From positions 32,001 to 96,000 of the forward strand of contig JBHLMN010000005.1 in assembly GCA_048938105.1 (NCBI GenBank): a stretch of 64,000 nt of DNA, given 5' to 3'. The translations under genes were made by a program, and so were the position numbers. Each line of letters begins with the position of its first letter. Within the stretch, counting starts at the first letter, position 1. Source of the DNA: Promethearchaeota archaeon (GTDB lineage: Archaea; Asgardarchaeota; Heimdallarchaeia; Hodarchaeales; Hodarchaeaceae). Below, piece after piece: positions 19,651-30,298 of the stretch. Under the pieces are notes generated by a model that was given only the letters and a program-made list of their open reading frames with translations, was not told the DNA's origin and ran no database searches.

Positions 19651-21683
19651 TGGCTCATCGTCGTGGGCGTGGCCCTCATGGGTTCTTCGTCGATACAAAA
19701 TATAAGAAAGCCCGATCCACTAAGCAATTACTTAAAATGTTGTGGGGATATTTAGCTCCTTTTAAGGGGCTTCTTCTTCTTTCAGCACTCTTAATATTTT
19801 CCTATGCTATTGGATCCATCATCTCTCCATTAATAATAAGCGAAGGCTTAGATGCAGCTGTAGAAACAGTAAGTCCTGATATAGATTTTCTTCTTCTTCT
19901 ATTTTTCGTTTTTTTAGCTCTTTCACTGGCAATTTGGTTCTTTAACGCCTTAAACACATATATTCTCGCACGTTTACAAGCCAATATGCTACATAATATC
20001 CGAACTGATGTTTTTGGTCATTTGGTCTCTGCTGATATATCATTTCACAAACAAGAACAAAGTGGGAATGTAACCAGTCGTGTAACCAGTGACACTCAAG
20101 AACTTGCTGTTGGGGTTACTGTTGTTACTAATGCAAGTTCCCAGCTCCTCTTGACTTTTGGTACTTTTTTTCTTCTTTTAGCTACCAGTTGGATTATAAC
20201 TGGTATTGCATTACTCGCGATACCTGTAGCAGCGATTTTAGCCAGTATCCTTGGGACGCTTGGACGAAAAATCATGTATCGTGCTCGAAAATCGTATGGA
20301 GAAGTGTCAGGCCAAATGGCGGAAAGTCTTGCTGGAATTTCAATTGCTAAGTCGTTCAATCGTGAGGAGTGGTCTTCTTCTATTCTTTATGAGCTTAACC
20401 AGAAAACGTACAAATATTTCAAGCAAATGGGTGCCATTTTTAACTTTATGTTCCCTGCAATATCTATGGTTTCCTTGATTCTTGTAGCATTGACTCTTAT
20501 TGTTGGTGGATGGCTACCTGAGTCTTCGATCACTCTTGGATCAATTTATCTCGGAACAATCCTCGTTCAACGATTTTTAAGCCCAATACTTCACATTGCA
20601 ATGTATTACCCACAACTCCAGTCTTCATTAGCTGCAATGGATAGGGTGTCGGATGTTCTAGAGCAAAAACCACAGGTAACAGACTCTTTGAATGCGAAAC
20701 CCCTAGCTTTACAAGATACAAGTGTAACTCTTGATAATGTCTCCTACGAATATGTGAAAGGAACCCCTGTTCTTCAAGCTGTTACTTTCAAGGTTAATGA
20801 GGGAGAAAAGATTGCGATCGTTGGCCACACTGGAGCAGGGAAGACAACGCTAGCAGCTCTTCTCACTCGTTTTTATGATCCCACAGAGGGACAGATCTTA
20901 ATTGGTAATCAAGACTTACGTGAAATCAAGCTAGAAAGCTTACATACATCTATTGGGTTGGTTCCCCAAGAACCTTACCTGTTTGCAGATACAGTCCTAG
21001 AGAACATTCGCTATGGTAATCCAGAGCTGAGTGATCGTGAAATCTACGAATTATGTAAACTCATTGGGGCTGAAGACTTTATTGAAGCCTTACCGAATGG
21101 CTATCAAACAATGCTACAGGAAAGTGGTAAGGGACTGAGTTCAGGACAACGACAGATGATTACTATCGCGCGTACCATGCTTGCGGATCCCAAGATTCTT
21201 GTACTTGATGAAGCCACGTCCCGTCTTGATGCCTATTCCGAGAGTTTAGTACAACATGCACAAATGGCTTTATTTAAAGGTAGAACAACCTTCGTTATTG
21301 CTCACCGATTAACAACTATTCGAGATGTAGATCGTTTAGCTGTTTTTGAAAAGGGAAGGTTAGTAGAGCTTGGCACTCATGAGGAACTTCTTGCCAAAGA
21401 TGGTGTATATGCTGAATTATATCATACCTATTATGCACATCAAGGACTAGAAGAGTTAGCGGAAGTTTATAAAGCTCCTACACCTGAACCAACTTCTATA
21501 CCTGAAGTTCTGCCTAGAGATATGGTAAAAATGATGCAAGCTCATGGTATGAGTCCTGATCGTATGCGTACCATAATGAAAGAAAAGGGAATGGATCCTG
21601 AAGAAATGCACACTATGATGAGAAAAGCGGGATTTAATCCTGAAAAAATGCGTGAAAGGATGAGAGAAAGAGGTTTCAAGTAG
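19650..21683 (+). CDS. heterodimeric ABC exporter subunit (TMD+NBD) with Met-rich C-terminal tail
   Basis: GHTGAGKT, LSSGQ, LDEATS, IAHR; overlaps the partner gene by 1 bp. Confidence 0.93.
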   Translation: MAHRRGRGPHGFFVDTKYKKARSTKQLLKMLWGYLAPFKGLLLLSALLIFSYAIGSIISPLIISEGLDAAVETVSPDIDFLLLLFFVFLALSLAIWFFNALNTYILARLQANMLHNIRTDVFGHLVSADISFHKQEQSGNVTSRVTSDTQELAVGVTVVTNASSQLLLTFGTFFLLLATSWIITGIALLAIPVAAILASILGTLGRKIMYRARKSYGEVSGQMAESLAGISIAKSFNREEWSSSILYELNQKTYKYFKQMGAIFNFMFPAISMVSLILVALTLIVGGWLPESSITLGSIYLGTILVQRFLSPILHIAMYYPQLQSSLAAMDRVSDVLEQKPQVTDSLNAKPLALQDTSVTLDNVSYEYVKGTPVLQAVTFKVNEGEKIAIVGHTGAGKTTLAALLTRFYDPTEGQILIGNQDLREIKLESLHTSIGLVPQEPYLFADTVLENIRYGNPELSDREIYELCKLIGAEDFIEALPNGYQTMLQESGKGLSSGQRQMITIARTMLADPKILVLDEATSRLDAYSESLVQHAQMALFKGRTTFVIAHRLTTIRDVDRLAVFEKGRLVELGTHEELLAKDGVYAELYHTYYAHQGLEELAEVYKAPTPEPTSIPEVLPRDMVKMMQAHGMSPDRMRTIMKEKGMDPEEMHTMMRKAGFNPEKMRERMRERGFK

Positions 21684-21776
21684 TCTCTTTATTTGTTTTT
21701 GAAAATTAGTTTTTACTTAATCAAATAATTTCGATGAAATCAAAAGTAAAATGAGATTGAGAATAGATGATTTCCA

Positions 21777-22687
21777 ATGTCGAGAAAACACAAAATTAAC
21801 CAATTAAAAGTCAAGAAAGAGTTCAGAGAAATTGATGATTTGAAAGAGGTTAATAAAAGTACAATCAAACTGATATTAGAACAGATTAAAACTCAATTGC
21901 GAGAAATGTATTTATTTCCCGAGAAAGTTGATCAGCTTTGTGACGCATTGGATACTGATTATCGAAAACAAGTCTATAATGATATCACTGAACCAGCGAC
22001 ACTTGTTAAAGCCTTAACTAAAACATTACAAAATAATGTGCCAGATAAACATCTCCAAGTTCAACTACCTTCTGAAACATATGGATATCCTGAAAAAACA
22101 CATCCCTTCTATGGTATCGAGAAAGCTGAAATTCTTCCTGAAAATATTGGTTGTATTACTATTAATTCCTTCTTACCATTAGATATATCACAAAATACTG
22201 TTCTTGGCGCAATGCAATTTGTTCGTGACACAGAAGCATTGATAATTGACCTTAGGAAATGTCGTGGGGGTAGTGCGGATTCAGCAAATTTCTTATTGAG
22301 TTATTTCTTCAAAGAAGCTAATACTTTGTTGTTGAAGACATTCAAGTTTGGAGTTGTTGGACTCCATATAAATATGTAAAACCTGTTTATATCTTAATAA
22401 GTAATTTTACGTTTTCAGCAGCCGAGCATTTTGCCTTTGCAATGAAAATTCATAATAAAGCTATTTTAATTGGTTCTAATAGTGGTGGAGGGGCACATCC
22501 AGTCGCTATCAATCTTTTGGAAAGTGGTATTGCTTTAAAGATCCCAATAGGTAGGACATACGATCCAGTCAGTGATTTAGACTGGGAGGGTACAGGGGTT
22601 ATTCCTGATATTGAATGCTCTGAGGATGAGGCCTTAGAAATTACACGAAAGAAAATATTGAAGCACCAATCAGAAATGAGTGAATAA
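21777..22687 (+). pseudogene. frameshifted S41 family peptidase
   Basis: IIDLRKCRGG in the first ORF; after about 22340 another frame reads IQVWSCWTPYKYVKPVYILISNFTFSAAEHFAFAMK and joins the 22442-22687 ORF (GGAHP, WEGTGVIPD). Confidence 0.85.
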
Positions 22688-22807
22688 TCTCAAAAATAAT
22701 AGAGTTCCCCATAGTATTATAGCTCCATGATGAAAAGAGATATGTTATCACGGATGAAATTAGCATTTTTCTAATTTAATAATTTTAAAACAACGGAAAC
22801 GATATCT

Positions 22808-24271
22808 ATGGTTAGAAATCATTCTATTAATACTAAGGATTGCTTTGAAGACAAATTGTGGAGATCTGCTGAGAAGTTACGAAGTAATTTGGACGCTTCA
22901 GAATATCGATCTGTTGTTCTAGGATTAATTTTTTTGAGACATGTTTCAGAGCTTTGTAGTGTTAAGGAAGCTTATAACAAAAGGATTTTAATCCCACCAA
23001 CAGCTCGCTGGGGATATTTAAAAGAAAATATCAATAATTCAGAAATAAGTAAACTCATAGATAAAGCGATGGAAGCAATAGAAAGGGATAATCCCTCATT
23101 AAAAGGAGTTTTGCCTAGGAATTATTCACGTAAGGGTTTAGATGCTCAACGCTTAAGTGAATTAATAATGCTAATTGAGACAATTGAATTAGAATCCGAA
23201 ATAAGTAAGAACAAAGATATTCTTGGTAAAGTGTTTGAATATTTCCTAGGCCAATTTGCTGAAACAGAAGGTAAGAAAGGTGGTCAATTTTATACTCCTC
23301 CTAGTGTTGTAAAACTACTGATAGAAATGATCCAACCTTATAAGGGGAGAGTTTATGACCCGTGTTGTGGTTCTGGGGGAATGTTCGTACAAAGCGATGA
23401 GTTTGTTCAGTTTCATGGTGGTAAAGCTAATGATATTAAAATTTATGGACAGGAATCAAATCGTAAAACGTGGAATCTTTGCAAAATGAATCTTGCGATT
23501 CATGGTATTAATGGTGACATTAAATGGGGAGATAGTTTCTCAAACGATTCACATAAGGATCTAAAAGCTGATTATATCCTAGCAAATCCCCCATTCAATC
23601 TTAAAGATTGGAAAGGGGATCAATTCCGTCAGGATGCACGATGGAAATATGGGGTTCCCCCAATTAGAAATGCCAATTACGCTTGGATACAACATTTTAT
23701 TCATCATTTATCTCCGTCTGGAACCGCTGGTTTTATACTCACGAATGGATCATTAAGTTCAACAACGTCCAATGAGGGAAATATTCGGAAGAATATTGTA
23801 GAGGCCAATCTGGTTGACTGTATAGTGACCTTACCAGATAGACTCTTCTATAATACAAGTATCCCTGCATGTTTGTGGATCATAAAACAAAATGATATGG
23901 TTCGAAGAAAGGAAGTTCTTTTCATAAATGCACGAGAATTTGGTGTGTTAGTAGATAGAATTCACAAACAACTTACTGAAAACGAAATTAAACGCATTTC
24001 TGAGACATATAATTCTTGGAGAACTAGAATAGATGAGTATAGAGATATTCTTGGTTACTGTAAGTCAGTTAAAATAAACCAAATTCGTGAGAATAAATAT
24101 ATCTTGACCCCTGCTCGTTATGTTGGAGTACCCATAATAGATGAAGAAGATGCATCTTTCGAAGAAAAAATGGATCAATTACTGACTGAACTTGCTGAAC
24201 AGTTTAAGGAATCAGAGACATTAATAGAAATAATGAGAGAAAATCTTGGTGATCTTGGTTTTGATCTTTAA
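22808..24271 (+). CDS. hsdM: type I restriction-modification methyltransferase subunit
   Basis: LWRSAEKLR N-terminus, GQFYTP, YDPCCGSGG motif I, ANPPF motif IV. Confidence 0.95.
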   Translation: MVRNHSINTKDCFEDKLWRSAEKLRSNLDASEYRSVVLGLIFLRHVSELCSVKEAYNKRILIPPTARWGYLKENINNSEISKLIDKAMEAIERDNPSLKGVLPRNYSRKGLDAQRLSELIMLIETIELESEISKNKDILGKVFEYFLGQFAETEGKKGGQFYTPPSVVKLLIEMIQPYKGRVYDPCCGSGGMFVQSDEFVQFHGGKANDIKIYGQESNRKTWNLCKMNLAIHGINGDIKWGDSFSNDSHKDLKADYILANPPFNLKDWKGDQFRQDARWKYGVPPIRNANYAWIQHFIHHLSPSGTAGFILTNGSLSSTTSNEGNIRKNIVEANLVDCIVTLPDRLFYNTSIPACLWIIKQNDMVRRKEVLFINAREFGVLVDRIHKQLTENEIKRISETYNSWRTRIDEYRDILGYCKSVKINQIRENKYILTPARYVGVPIIDEEDASFEEKMDQLLTELAEQFKESETLIEIMRENLGDLGFDL

Positions 24272-25625
24272 ACCAGGTACTCAATTCAAAGAAACTGAAG
24301 TAGGTACTATCCCTGTTGACTGGGAAATCAAAAAAATCAAACAAGTAGCTAAGATCAATGAATTACAGATCAATCAATCTTTCATTTATAAAGAAATAGA
24401 TTATATTGATACTTCTTCGGTCAAGGAAGGAAAAGTAATAGGAATCAAAAGGATTTCAACTTCTCAAGCCCCGAGTAGAGCGAAAAGAGTTATCAGAGAT
24501 AATGATATTCTTATTTCTACAGTTAGGCCCAATTTGAAACACTACGCGTTCATATTAAAAAGTTCAGGCCAATTAGTGGCATCTACAGGATTTATAGTTA
24601 TTTCTGCGGTACAGATTGATCCCTATTTCTTATATTATTATTTGACCAGTAAGTACTATACGGACTTTTTGACAGCAATCGCGGATACTCATGCGTCAGC
24701 TTATCCCGCTTTTACCCCCGAGGTTGTTGAAAGGTCAGTTATACCAATACCACCTGTTATTGAGCAAAAAAGAATTGGGATAGTTCTGTCGACATTAGAT
24801 AACAAGATTAAACTTAACTTCAAGATAAATAATACCATTAAATCGATAGGTTATTTATTTTTCAAGTATTGGTTTGAAGAATTTAAGTTTCCTAAAATAA
24901 ATGGCAATTTCCACAAATCTAGTGGGGATTCATTTGTAATTGGAGATAATTCATATAATGATGTCCCAAAAGGTTGGCGAGTAGGTTCTATAGGGGATCT
25001 AGTTCAGGTTCAAGCAGGGTTTGCGTTTAAAAGTAAAGATTTCTTGGAACATGGTACTATCGGTGTCATCAAAATAAAGAATATCTCAGAAGATGTTGTT
25101 AATATTAAAGACACTCAGTATGTTTTAAAAGAAACAGTGTCAACTCTAGATGAAAGATTCTCAATTGATTCTGGAGCTATTCTTATAGCAATGACTGGAG
25201 CCAATGTAGGGAAAATTGGAATAGTTCCCAAAACTAATAGAGAGCTATGGTTAAATCAACGAGTTGGTATGTTTAAAGAAAGAGTAGAAAATGGTTTATA
25301 TTTTATCTTCTTTTTATTGTCCAGCAGAAGGTATCAACGGATTTTAAAGAATATAGCTAAGGGTACTGCCCAACCCAATATTAGCAGTTCAGATATTGAG
25401 TCCATAAAAATCTTTCTTCCTCCCAAAGCCATAATTAAGCAGTTTGGTTGCTTCTTTGATCCATTCTTTCAATATATAATCAATAATCTAGATGAAAATG
25501 AAAAATTCTTTGAATTAAGGGAGAGGCTCCTTCCTAAACTGATGTCAGGGAAAATACGGTTAAGAAACAATAACAGTGAGAATCCAGGAATTGAAGAATC
25601 ACTCAAAAAAGGTTTAGTGATTTGA
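24246..25625 (+). CDS. hsdS: type I restriction-modification specificity subunit (start may be TTG 24261)
   Basis: two TRDs (IPVDW..., VPKGW...), PPVIEQKRI spacer, LRERLLPKLMSG C-terminus. Confidence 0.93.
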   Translation: MVILVLIFKPGTQFKETEVGTIPVDWEIKKIKQVAKINELQINQSFIYKEIDYIDTSSVKEGKVIGIKRISTSQAPSRAKRVIRDNDILISTVRPNLKHYAFILKSSGQLVASTGFIVISAVQIDPYFLYYYLTSKYYTDFLTAIADTHASAYPAFTPEVVERSVIPIPPVIEQKRIGIVLSTLDNKIKLNFKINNTIKSIGYLFFKYWFEEFKFPKINGNFHKSSGDSFVIGDNSYNDVPKGWRVGSIGDLVQVQAGFAFKSKDFLEHGTIGVIKIKNISEDVVNIKDTQYVLKETVSTLDERFSIDSGAILIAMTGANVGKIGIVPKTNRELWLNQRVGMFKERVENGLYFIFFLLSSRRYQRILKNIAKGTAQPNISSSDIESIKIFLPPKAIIKQFGCFFDPFFQYIINNLDENEKFFELRERLLPKLMSGKIRLRNNNSENPGIEESLKKGLVI

Positions 25626-26255
25626 ATGTTTGAATATCAAATAATTGGTCTCTTCTTTGCGATTAATCTAACTATCTATTTAGCTGTATCTCTTCCTTTA
25701 GATTTAGTAACATATCATAGGAATTCCAAAAGTGGAAGAGAACGTTCCGATCAAATTGATATCAAGCCTATGATGATTATTACATTTCTAATTTCTGTTT
25801 ATATGTGGTTAATATTCCTTTTTGTCCCCATTGACGCACTTTTTGCTTTTAATATCATATACATTGCAAATTACGACTTTGATCCTTGGACTTTAATTAT
25901 TCAAATTTTTGGCTTTATTATAGTATTCATTGCCACTTTAATAGCTTCTTGGGGACGGATTTCTCGTGGACGTCGTGCGTTTTCTTGGGGGATTCCCAAG
26001 AACCTTGAAAAAAAAGGAATGTACAAATATATTCGACACCCTCTCTATGCTTCCTATTGTTATTATTTCCTAGGTTTTGTACTAATTCTTCAAAATCTAC
26101 TAATTTTACCTCTCCTAATTGGGATATATGGCTATTATAATTTATCAAAATATGAGGAAGCAATTTTAATTGACCATTTTGACGAAGAATATATTGATTA
26201 TCAAAATAGAGTGGGACGTTTTTTCCCTCGGTTGAGAAGAAGAAACACAACATGA
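25626..26255 (+). CDS. isoprenylcysteine carboxyl methyltransferase (ICMT/PEMT) family membrane protein
   Basis: GMYKYIRHPLY, EEAIL, YIDYQNRVGRFFP. Confidence 0.9.
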   Translation: MFEYQIIGLFFAINLTIYLAVSLPLDLVTYHRNSKSGRERSDQIDIKPMMIITFLISVYMWLIFLFVPIDALFAFNIIYIANYDFDPWTLIIQIFGFIIVFIATLIASWGRISRGRRAFSWGIPKNLEKKGMYKYIRHPLYASYCYYFLGFVLILQNLLILPLLIGIYGYYNLSKYEEAILIDHFDEEYIDYQNRVGRFFPRLRRRNTT

Positions 26256-26286
26256 TCAGGGGGTGTGATTTCACTCATCATGCAAG

Positions 26287-29061
26287 CTAGGGGAGGAAGA
26301 AGGCATCAGGCCATCCCTGATACTCGTTTATCTTATTGTCAATCTCTTCCATCAATATGATTGTTTCTTGAATTACTTTTACTATCTTTCCGAAGAAATT
26401 AACATCATTCTCTGTTAATGTTATGTTCTTGTGGTCTTTTAACCATTTCTGACATACTTGATACCCTCCAATATAAAAACTGTAGACCTCTTTTGGTACT
26501 CCTTTGAAATACTGATTCTCATTTATTCTAATTCTATTATCTGAAGTATATCGCACTCTTTTGATTACTGTGTTTGTAGTATTACCATTTCCTCCTAGTC
26601 TAACCTTGTGATCATTTAATCTCTCTGGCTTCAATAAATGTAGATCTATTAACTCACTTCCCATTTCTTTTAGTTCATAAAATAATTCTAATTTATTAGG
26701 AAAAAGGATTCTTGGGAAGTCGATTTTCAAAAAGTTTTCGTATCTCTTTCGATATTCTTTTGAATGGAGGATGGCATATACATAATAGACAATATCTTTA
26801 GCCGATGGATTGTTATTTATTTTGAATTTTTCTTCTATGAACATCTTAAATCTTTTTGAGAAATTTATCTCTCTCTTAAGACCATTTCTTGTTTTTTTAA
26901 ATAAAAAAAGTGGAAAGATTGGCGCATTATTACCTGGTCGTGTTGCCATGACACCTAACTCTATTATGTCTTCTGTAATCTGAATATCTCTCCAAGGAGC
27001 GGGTCTAGAATTCCTTGATACAATTAAACCTAAATTTTCACCAGTGATCATGTGTTTCATGACTTTATTTCTTGGTCTCTCATGAAATCCTCTTGATTTA
27101 CCCGTATAAAATGTATATCGTATTTCAAATGGTCGATAGTGAATGGGTACGATATTCTTTTCAATGCAATTGCGTAACTTAATCTTAGTCATAGTTTTAT
27201 TTAAGCCATGTTCTCTAAGATCGTAAACAGATTTCTCTAATGCCCATTGTCGTTTGTCTTTCATCAAATTATGTTTTTTTCTGAAACAATCTTCAGGTAA
27301 TAGAATTAGATCTTCAACAATTTCCTTAACTTTTTCTGGGGTATATTGTATTGTGAGCTGATCCTGTCCAGTCATAATTCCTACAGAGTAGATTGGAAAA
27401 ATATCTGTAATTTTCCACCCAGATTTATATTCTACCCATCTTTTCATCTCCAATTGGTAAAACATATACCATGGACTAAATGAATCAATCTTTTTCCAAT
27501 CAATTGTTAAGATATCGTTATTTTTTAGAAATTCATATTTATTTTCTCTTAGTCCCCACAGATCGAATTTGAATATGTCCACATCTCCACTTTTATTTGG
27601 ATTTTTTATGAAAAATGATATGCAAGCTCCTTGTTGGATGTCAAATACATTTTCATCTTTTGATCCATCTGGACACTTTTCTTTCCGTCGTGCATTTCCA
27701 TGAAGATCAAGAATAAAAATATCGGTAAAAGTTCTCATTAGTTGTTGTCTCATACCTCGAAAAGTAGGATTGTCCAGAAAACTGTGGTTAGTAATAAATG
27801 CTAATATACCATATCCTGTCTTCTCTATCCGCCATTGACCAAACCTGATAAACTTTACATAATCATCATTGAGCCACTTAGGATTCTTCTCCCCTAATGG
27901 TTTCCCATCAACCTCAAAATAGTTGGATATCCTAGTTTCATCAGTTACCCTACCTCTTAAAAGATCATCAATCCATTGTGAGTTATTAGCAGAATGACCT
28001 GAATAAGGAGGATTACCTATCACTACAGAGATTGGAAAGTTCATTTTAATTCTATAGGCATCTTCTGCTTCCTTTGAGAAGAATCTAGAAAGTGATGAAT
28101 CCGTGATAAGAGTTTCCCCTCTTTTATAAGAGCCCTCTAAGGTATTAGCTAAATATATTCCTAATCGTGCTTGATTCTGAAAAGTATAACCAGTTTCTCG
28201 TAGTTTTAATCCAAGTTTATAGTGAGCTATTGTGTATGGAGCTATTAATAGTTCAAAGGCAAAAAGCCTTGATAAAAGATTGTTACTAACATAAGAGTTC
28301 CAATTTTGCTGGAATATTTCTTCATTCAAAGTATTATGCTTTTTTTTAAAGAAGTTATATGTTAAGTCAATTATATGGCTTAAAAAAGTACCTGTTCCAG
28401 TTGTTGGATCAAGAATTTGTACTTTCGGTATTTTTTCCCCATTTACAATATTATAAGATTCATCTGCAAGTCCATCCTTACAATTGAAATGTGTTTGAAG
28501 AATCAAATTGACTGAACGAACTATAAATGAAACTACAGTATCCGGAGTATAAAAAACCCCACGATTAATTTTCTGAGATGGATCATAATATTCTAGGAAT
28601 TCTTCATAAAAACGGATTATTGGATCTTCGATATTCTTATTTTTTCCATCTTCCCAGATAACAGAATCAATATCGACATTTTTAAGTATCTGAACTAATT
28701 CATGGATTCCAAGATCTTCTAAACTCATTCTAGGAATTTGATCTTTGCTGAATCTCAATAACCTATTTAGAAAAGGATTGACCTTTGGAATTAAAGATAG
28801 GATTTTATCCAAGCAAAATTCTTTTGATTGGGTAGTTCGCAAAGAAAATAAACCAAGCGTTACCGTCTGAGCATACATGTCTGCAAACGATTCCAACGTG
28901 AGATTATCTGATAATGCGCTTTTTATTTCTTGAAAAATATAGTGAAAATGCCCACTCTCCTCTTCCTTAGAAAATGTTCGGTGTACGTTCCCACGAATAT
29001 TGATAGCAATTTGAGCTAAATTTTTGGAGAGTTCTTGAGAGGTTGTTATAATGTCTTCCAT
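26287..29061 (-). CDS. N6-adenine DNA methyltransferase with type ISP/IIG-like specificity domain; no nuclease or helicase domain evident
   Basis: GVFYTP, LDPTTGTGTF motif I, GNPPY motif IV, DENVFDIQQG, IGGYQVCQKWLKD. Confidence 0.9.
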   Translation of the reverse strand: MEDIITTSQELSKNLAQIAINIRGNVHRTFSKEEESGHFHYIFQEIKSALSDNLTLESFADMYAQTVTLGLFSLRTTQSKEFCLDKILSLIPKVNPFLNRLLRFSKDQIPRMSLEDLGIHELVQILKNVDIDSVIWEDGKNKNIEDPIIRFYEEFLEYYDPSQKINRGVFYTPDTVVSFIVRSVNLILQTHFNCKDGLADESYNIVNGEKIPKVQILDPTTGTGTFLSHIIDLTYNFFKKKHNTLNEEIFQQNWNSYVSNNLLSRLFAFELLIAPYTIAHYKLGLKLRETGYTFQNQARLGIYLANTLEGSYKRGETLITDSSLSRFFSKEAEDAYRIKMNFPISVVIGNPPYSGHSANNSQWIDDLLRGRVTDETRISNYFEVDGKPLGEKNPKWLNDDYVKFIRFGQWRIEKTGYGILAFITNHSFLDNPTFRGMRQQLMRTFTDIFILDLHGNARRKEKCPDGSKDENVFDIQQGACISFFIKNPNKSGDVDIFKFDLWGLRENKYEFLKNNDILTIDWKKIDSFSPWYMFYQLEMKRWVEYKSGWKITDIFPIYSVGIMTGQDQLTIQYTPEKVKEIVEDLILLPEDCFRKKHNLMKDKRQWALEKSVYDLREHGLNKTMTKIKLRNCIEKNIVPIHYRPFEIRYTFYTGKSRGFHERPRNKVMKHMITGENLGLIVSRNSRPAPWRDIQITEDIIELGVMATRPGNNAPIFPLFLFKKTRNGLKREINFSKRFKMFIEEKFKINNNPSAKDIVYYVYAILHSKEYRKRYENFLKIDFPRILFPNKLELFYELKEMGSELIDLHLLKPERLNDHKVRLGGNGNTTNTVIKRVRYTSDNRIRINENQYFKGVPKEVYSFYIGGYQVCQKWLKDHKNITLTENDVNFFGKIVKVIQETIILMEEIDNKINEYQGWPDAFFLP

Positions 29062-29292
29062 TGATTTTTGCTATTCCCCAGTCTTTAAAAAAATAATTTC
29101 CATTCTTAGGATCGACACCTTTTAGAAAGCTACAAAAGATATGAGTGGTATTAAAAAAACACTGTGTAAGAATCCGAAAGTCTCTCCCAATCATTGTTTA
29201 AGTATGGCTTTATCTTGACATAACAATAAAAGAGACTTATATCATTAGTCGTATTACATTTAGAAATATATACCTCATAGAGGCACAAATTT

Positions 29293-30141
29293 ATGGACAT
29301 AAGACATCTATGGCGAGGAAAATCTCGCGGAGTAACACCAGTTGTTGCCACAGTTCTTTTGATCGGTTTGGTGGCGATTGCAGGCATTGCAATCGCTTTG
29401 GTGATATTTGGGACGATAAACTCACCTCCACCGATTGAAGTAAGAATTCTCTCTATTTCTGATTTTGAGACAACAGACACCAATACCTTAATCGACCAGT
29501 TTTCTGTGACCCTTCATAACGTAGAACGTACCAACCTACGTTTAGAAGTTGATTCTTTTACATTGGAGTATAAGAATGGTACAATGATACCTGGATGGGG
29601 TATGGATCCTAAACAATCCGAAATATACCTATCTGCTAGAACAATAGAAACAATTCCTCTGATATGTGATCCAATCGCGGGTATTGAATTACCTCCAGAC
29701 CAAGACGCAATTTATATCGAAGTCACAGTTTTCCCTAAAGATAGTACCAGTCAGCGATCTGCAAGAACATTTCGTTCGAATTTACTTCTAATTGGGAGTA
29801 CACATGGTCCCATATTCTTGGAATACCAAGCTACAACTCTGAATCTGGTTGATACTGGATTGAAAATTAATTTTATAACAATCAATAATGGAAGCAAAGA
29901 TCAAAGTTTCAAACTTGAGCTCTATACCAATTCTCCTGAAAACATTACTTTTACAATAGGTAATATTAACCGTACTACGGTATTATTTTCGATCGCGGGT
30001 TACAACACCACAACTATAAACGTTACTGTCTTCCCGACTGATCGTGTTACTGTTGGTGACTCATATATTGTTGTAGCTTTCCTCTGGAGGCAATCTGATC
30101 TGCAGTTAGTTTCCTCTGTGAGTTTTGTTTTGACTTACTAA
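29293..30141 (+). CDS. archaeal type IV pilin-like protein
   Basis: class III signal peptide KSRG|VTPVVATVLLIGLVAIAG followed by beta-rich domains with N-x-S/T sequons. Confidence 0.88.
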   Translation: MDIRHLWRGKSRGVTPVVATVLLIGLVAIAGIAIALVIFGTINSPPPIEVRILSISDFETTDTNTLIDQFSVTLHNVERTNLRLEVDSFTLEYKNGTMIPGWGMDPKQSEIYLSARTIETIPLICDPIAGIELPPDQDAIYIEVTVFPKDSTSQRSARTFRSNLLLIGSTHGPIFLEYQATTLNLVDTGLKINFITINNGSKDQSFKLELYTNSPENITFTIGNINRTTVLFSIAGYNTTTINVTVFPTDRVTVGDSYIVVAFLWRQSDLQLVSSVSFVLTY

Positions 30142-30298
30142 GATATTACCTTTTACTCAAGTAGTTTCTTCAAGAGATTATATTAAGGAAATCCTACTTT
30201 TAGACTAATTTCTTTCTTGTTGTAACCTTTTTTAACCTTAGAATTACAAATTATTAAGTGAAACATCAAATTGAGGTAATTATTGTCTTTAAATTACT

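Noticed and set aside
24246-25625. Phase-variable (invertible) hsdS
   Set aside because: Only one hsdS; no recombinase, silent TRD cassettes or inverted repeats seen
2527-26255. Ste24-like protease and ICMT-like methyltransferase as a eukaryote-like CAAX processing pathway
   Set aside because: They are about 22 kb apart, both families are widespread in prokaryotes, and no prenyltransferase or CAAX substrate is visible
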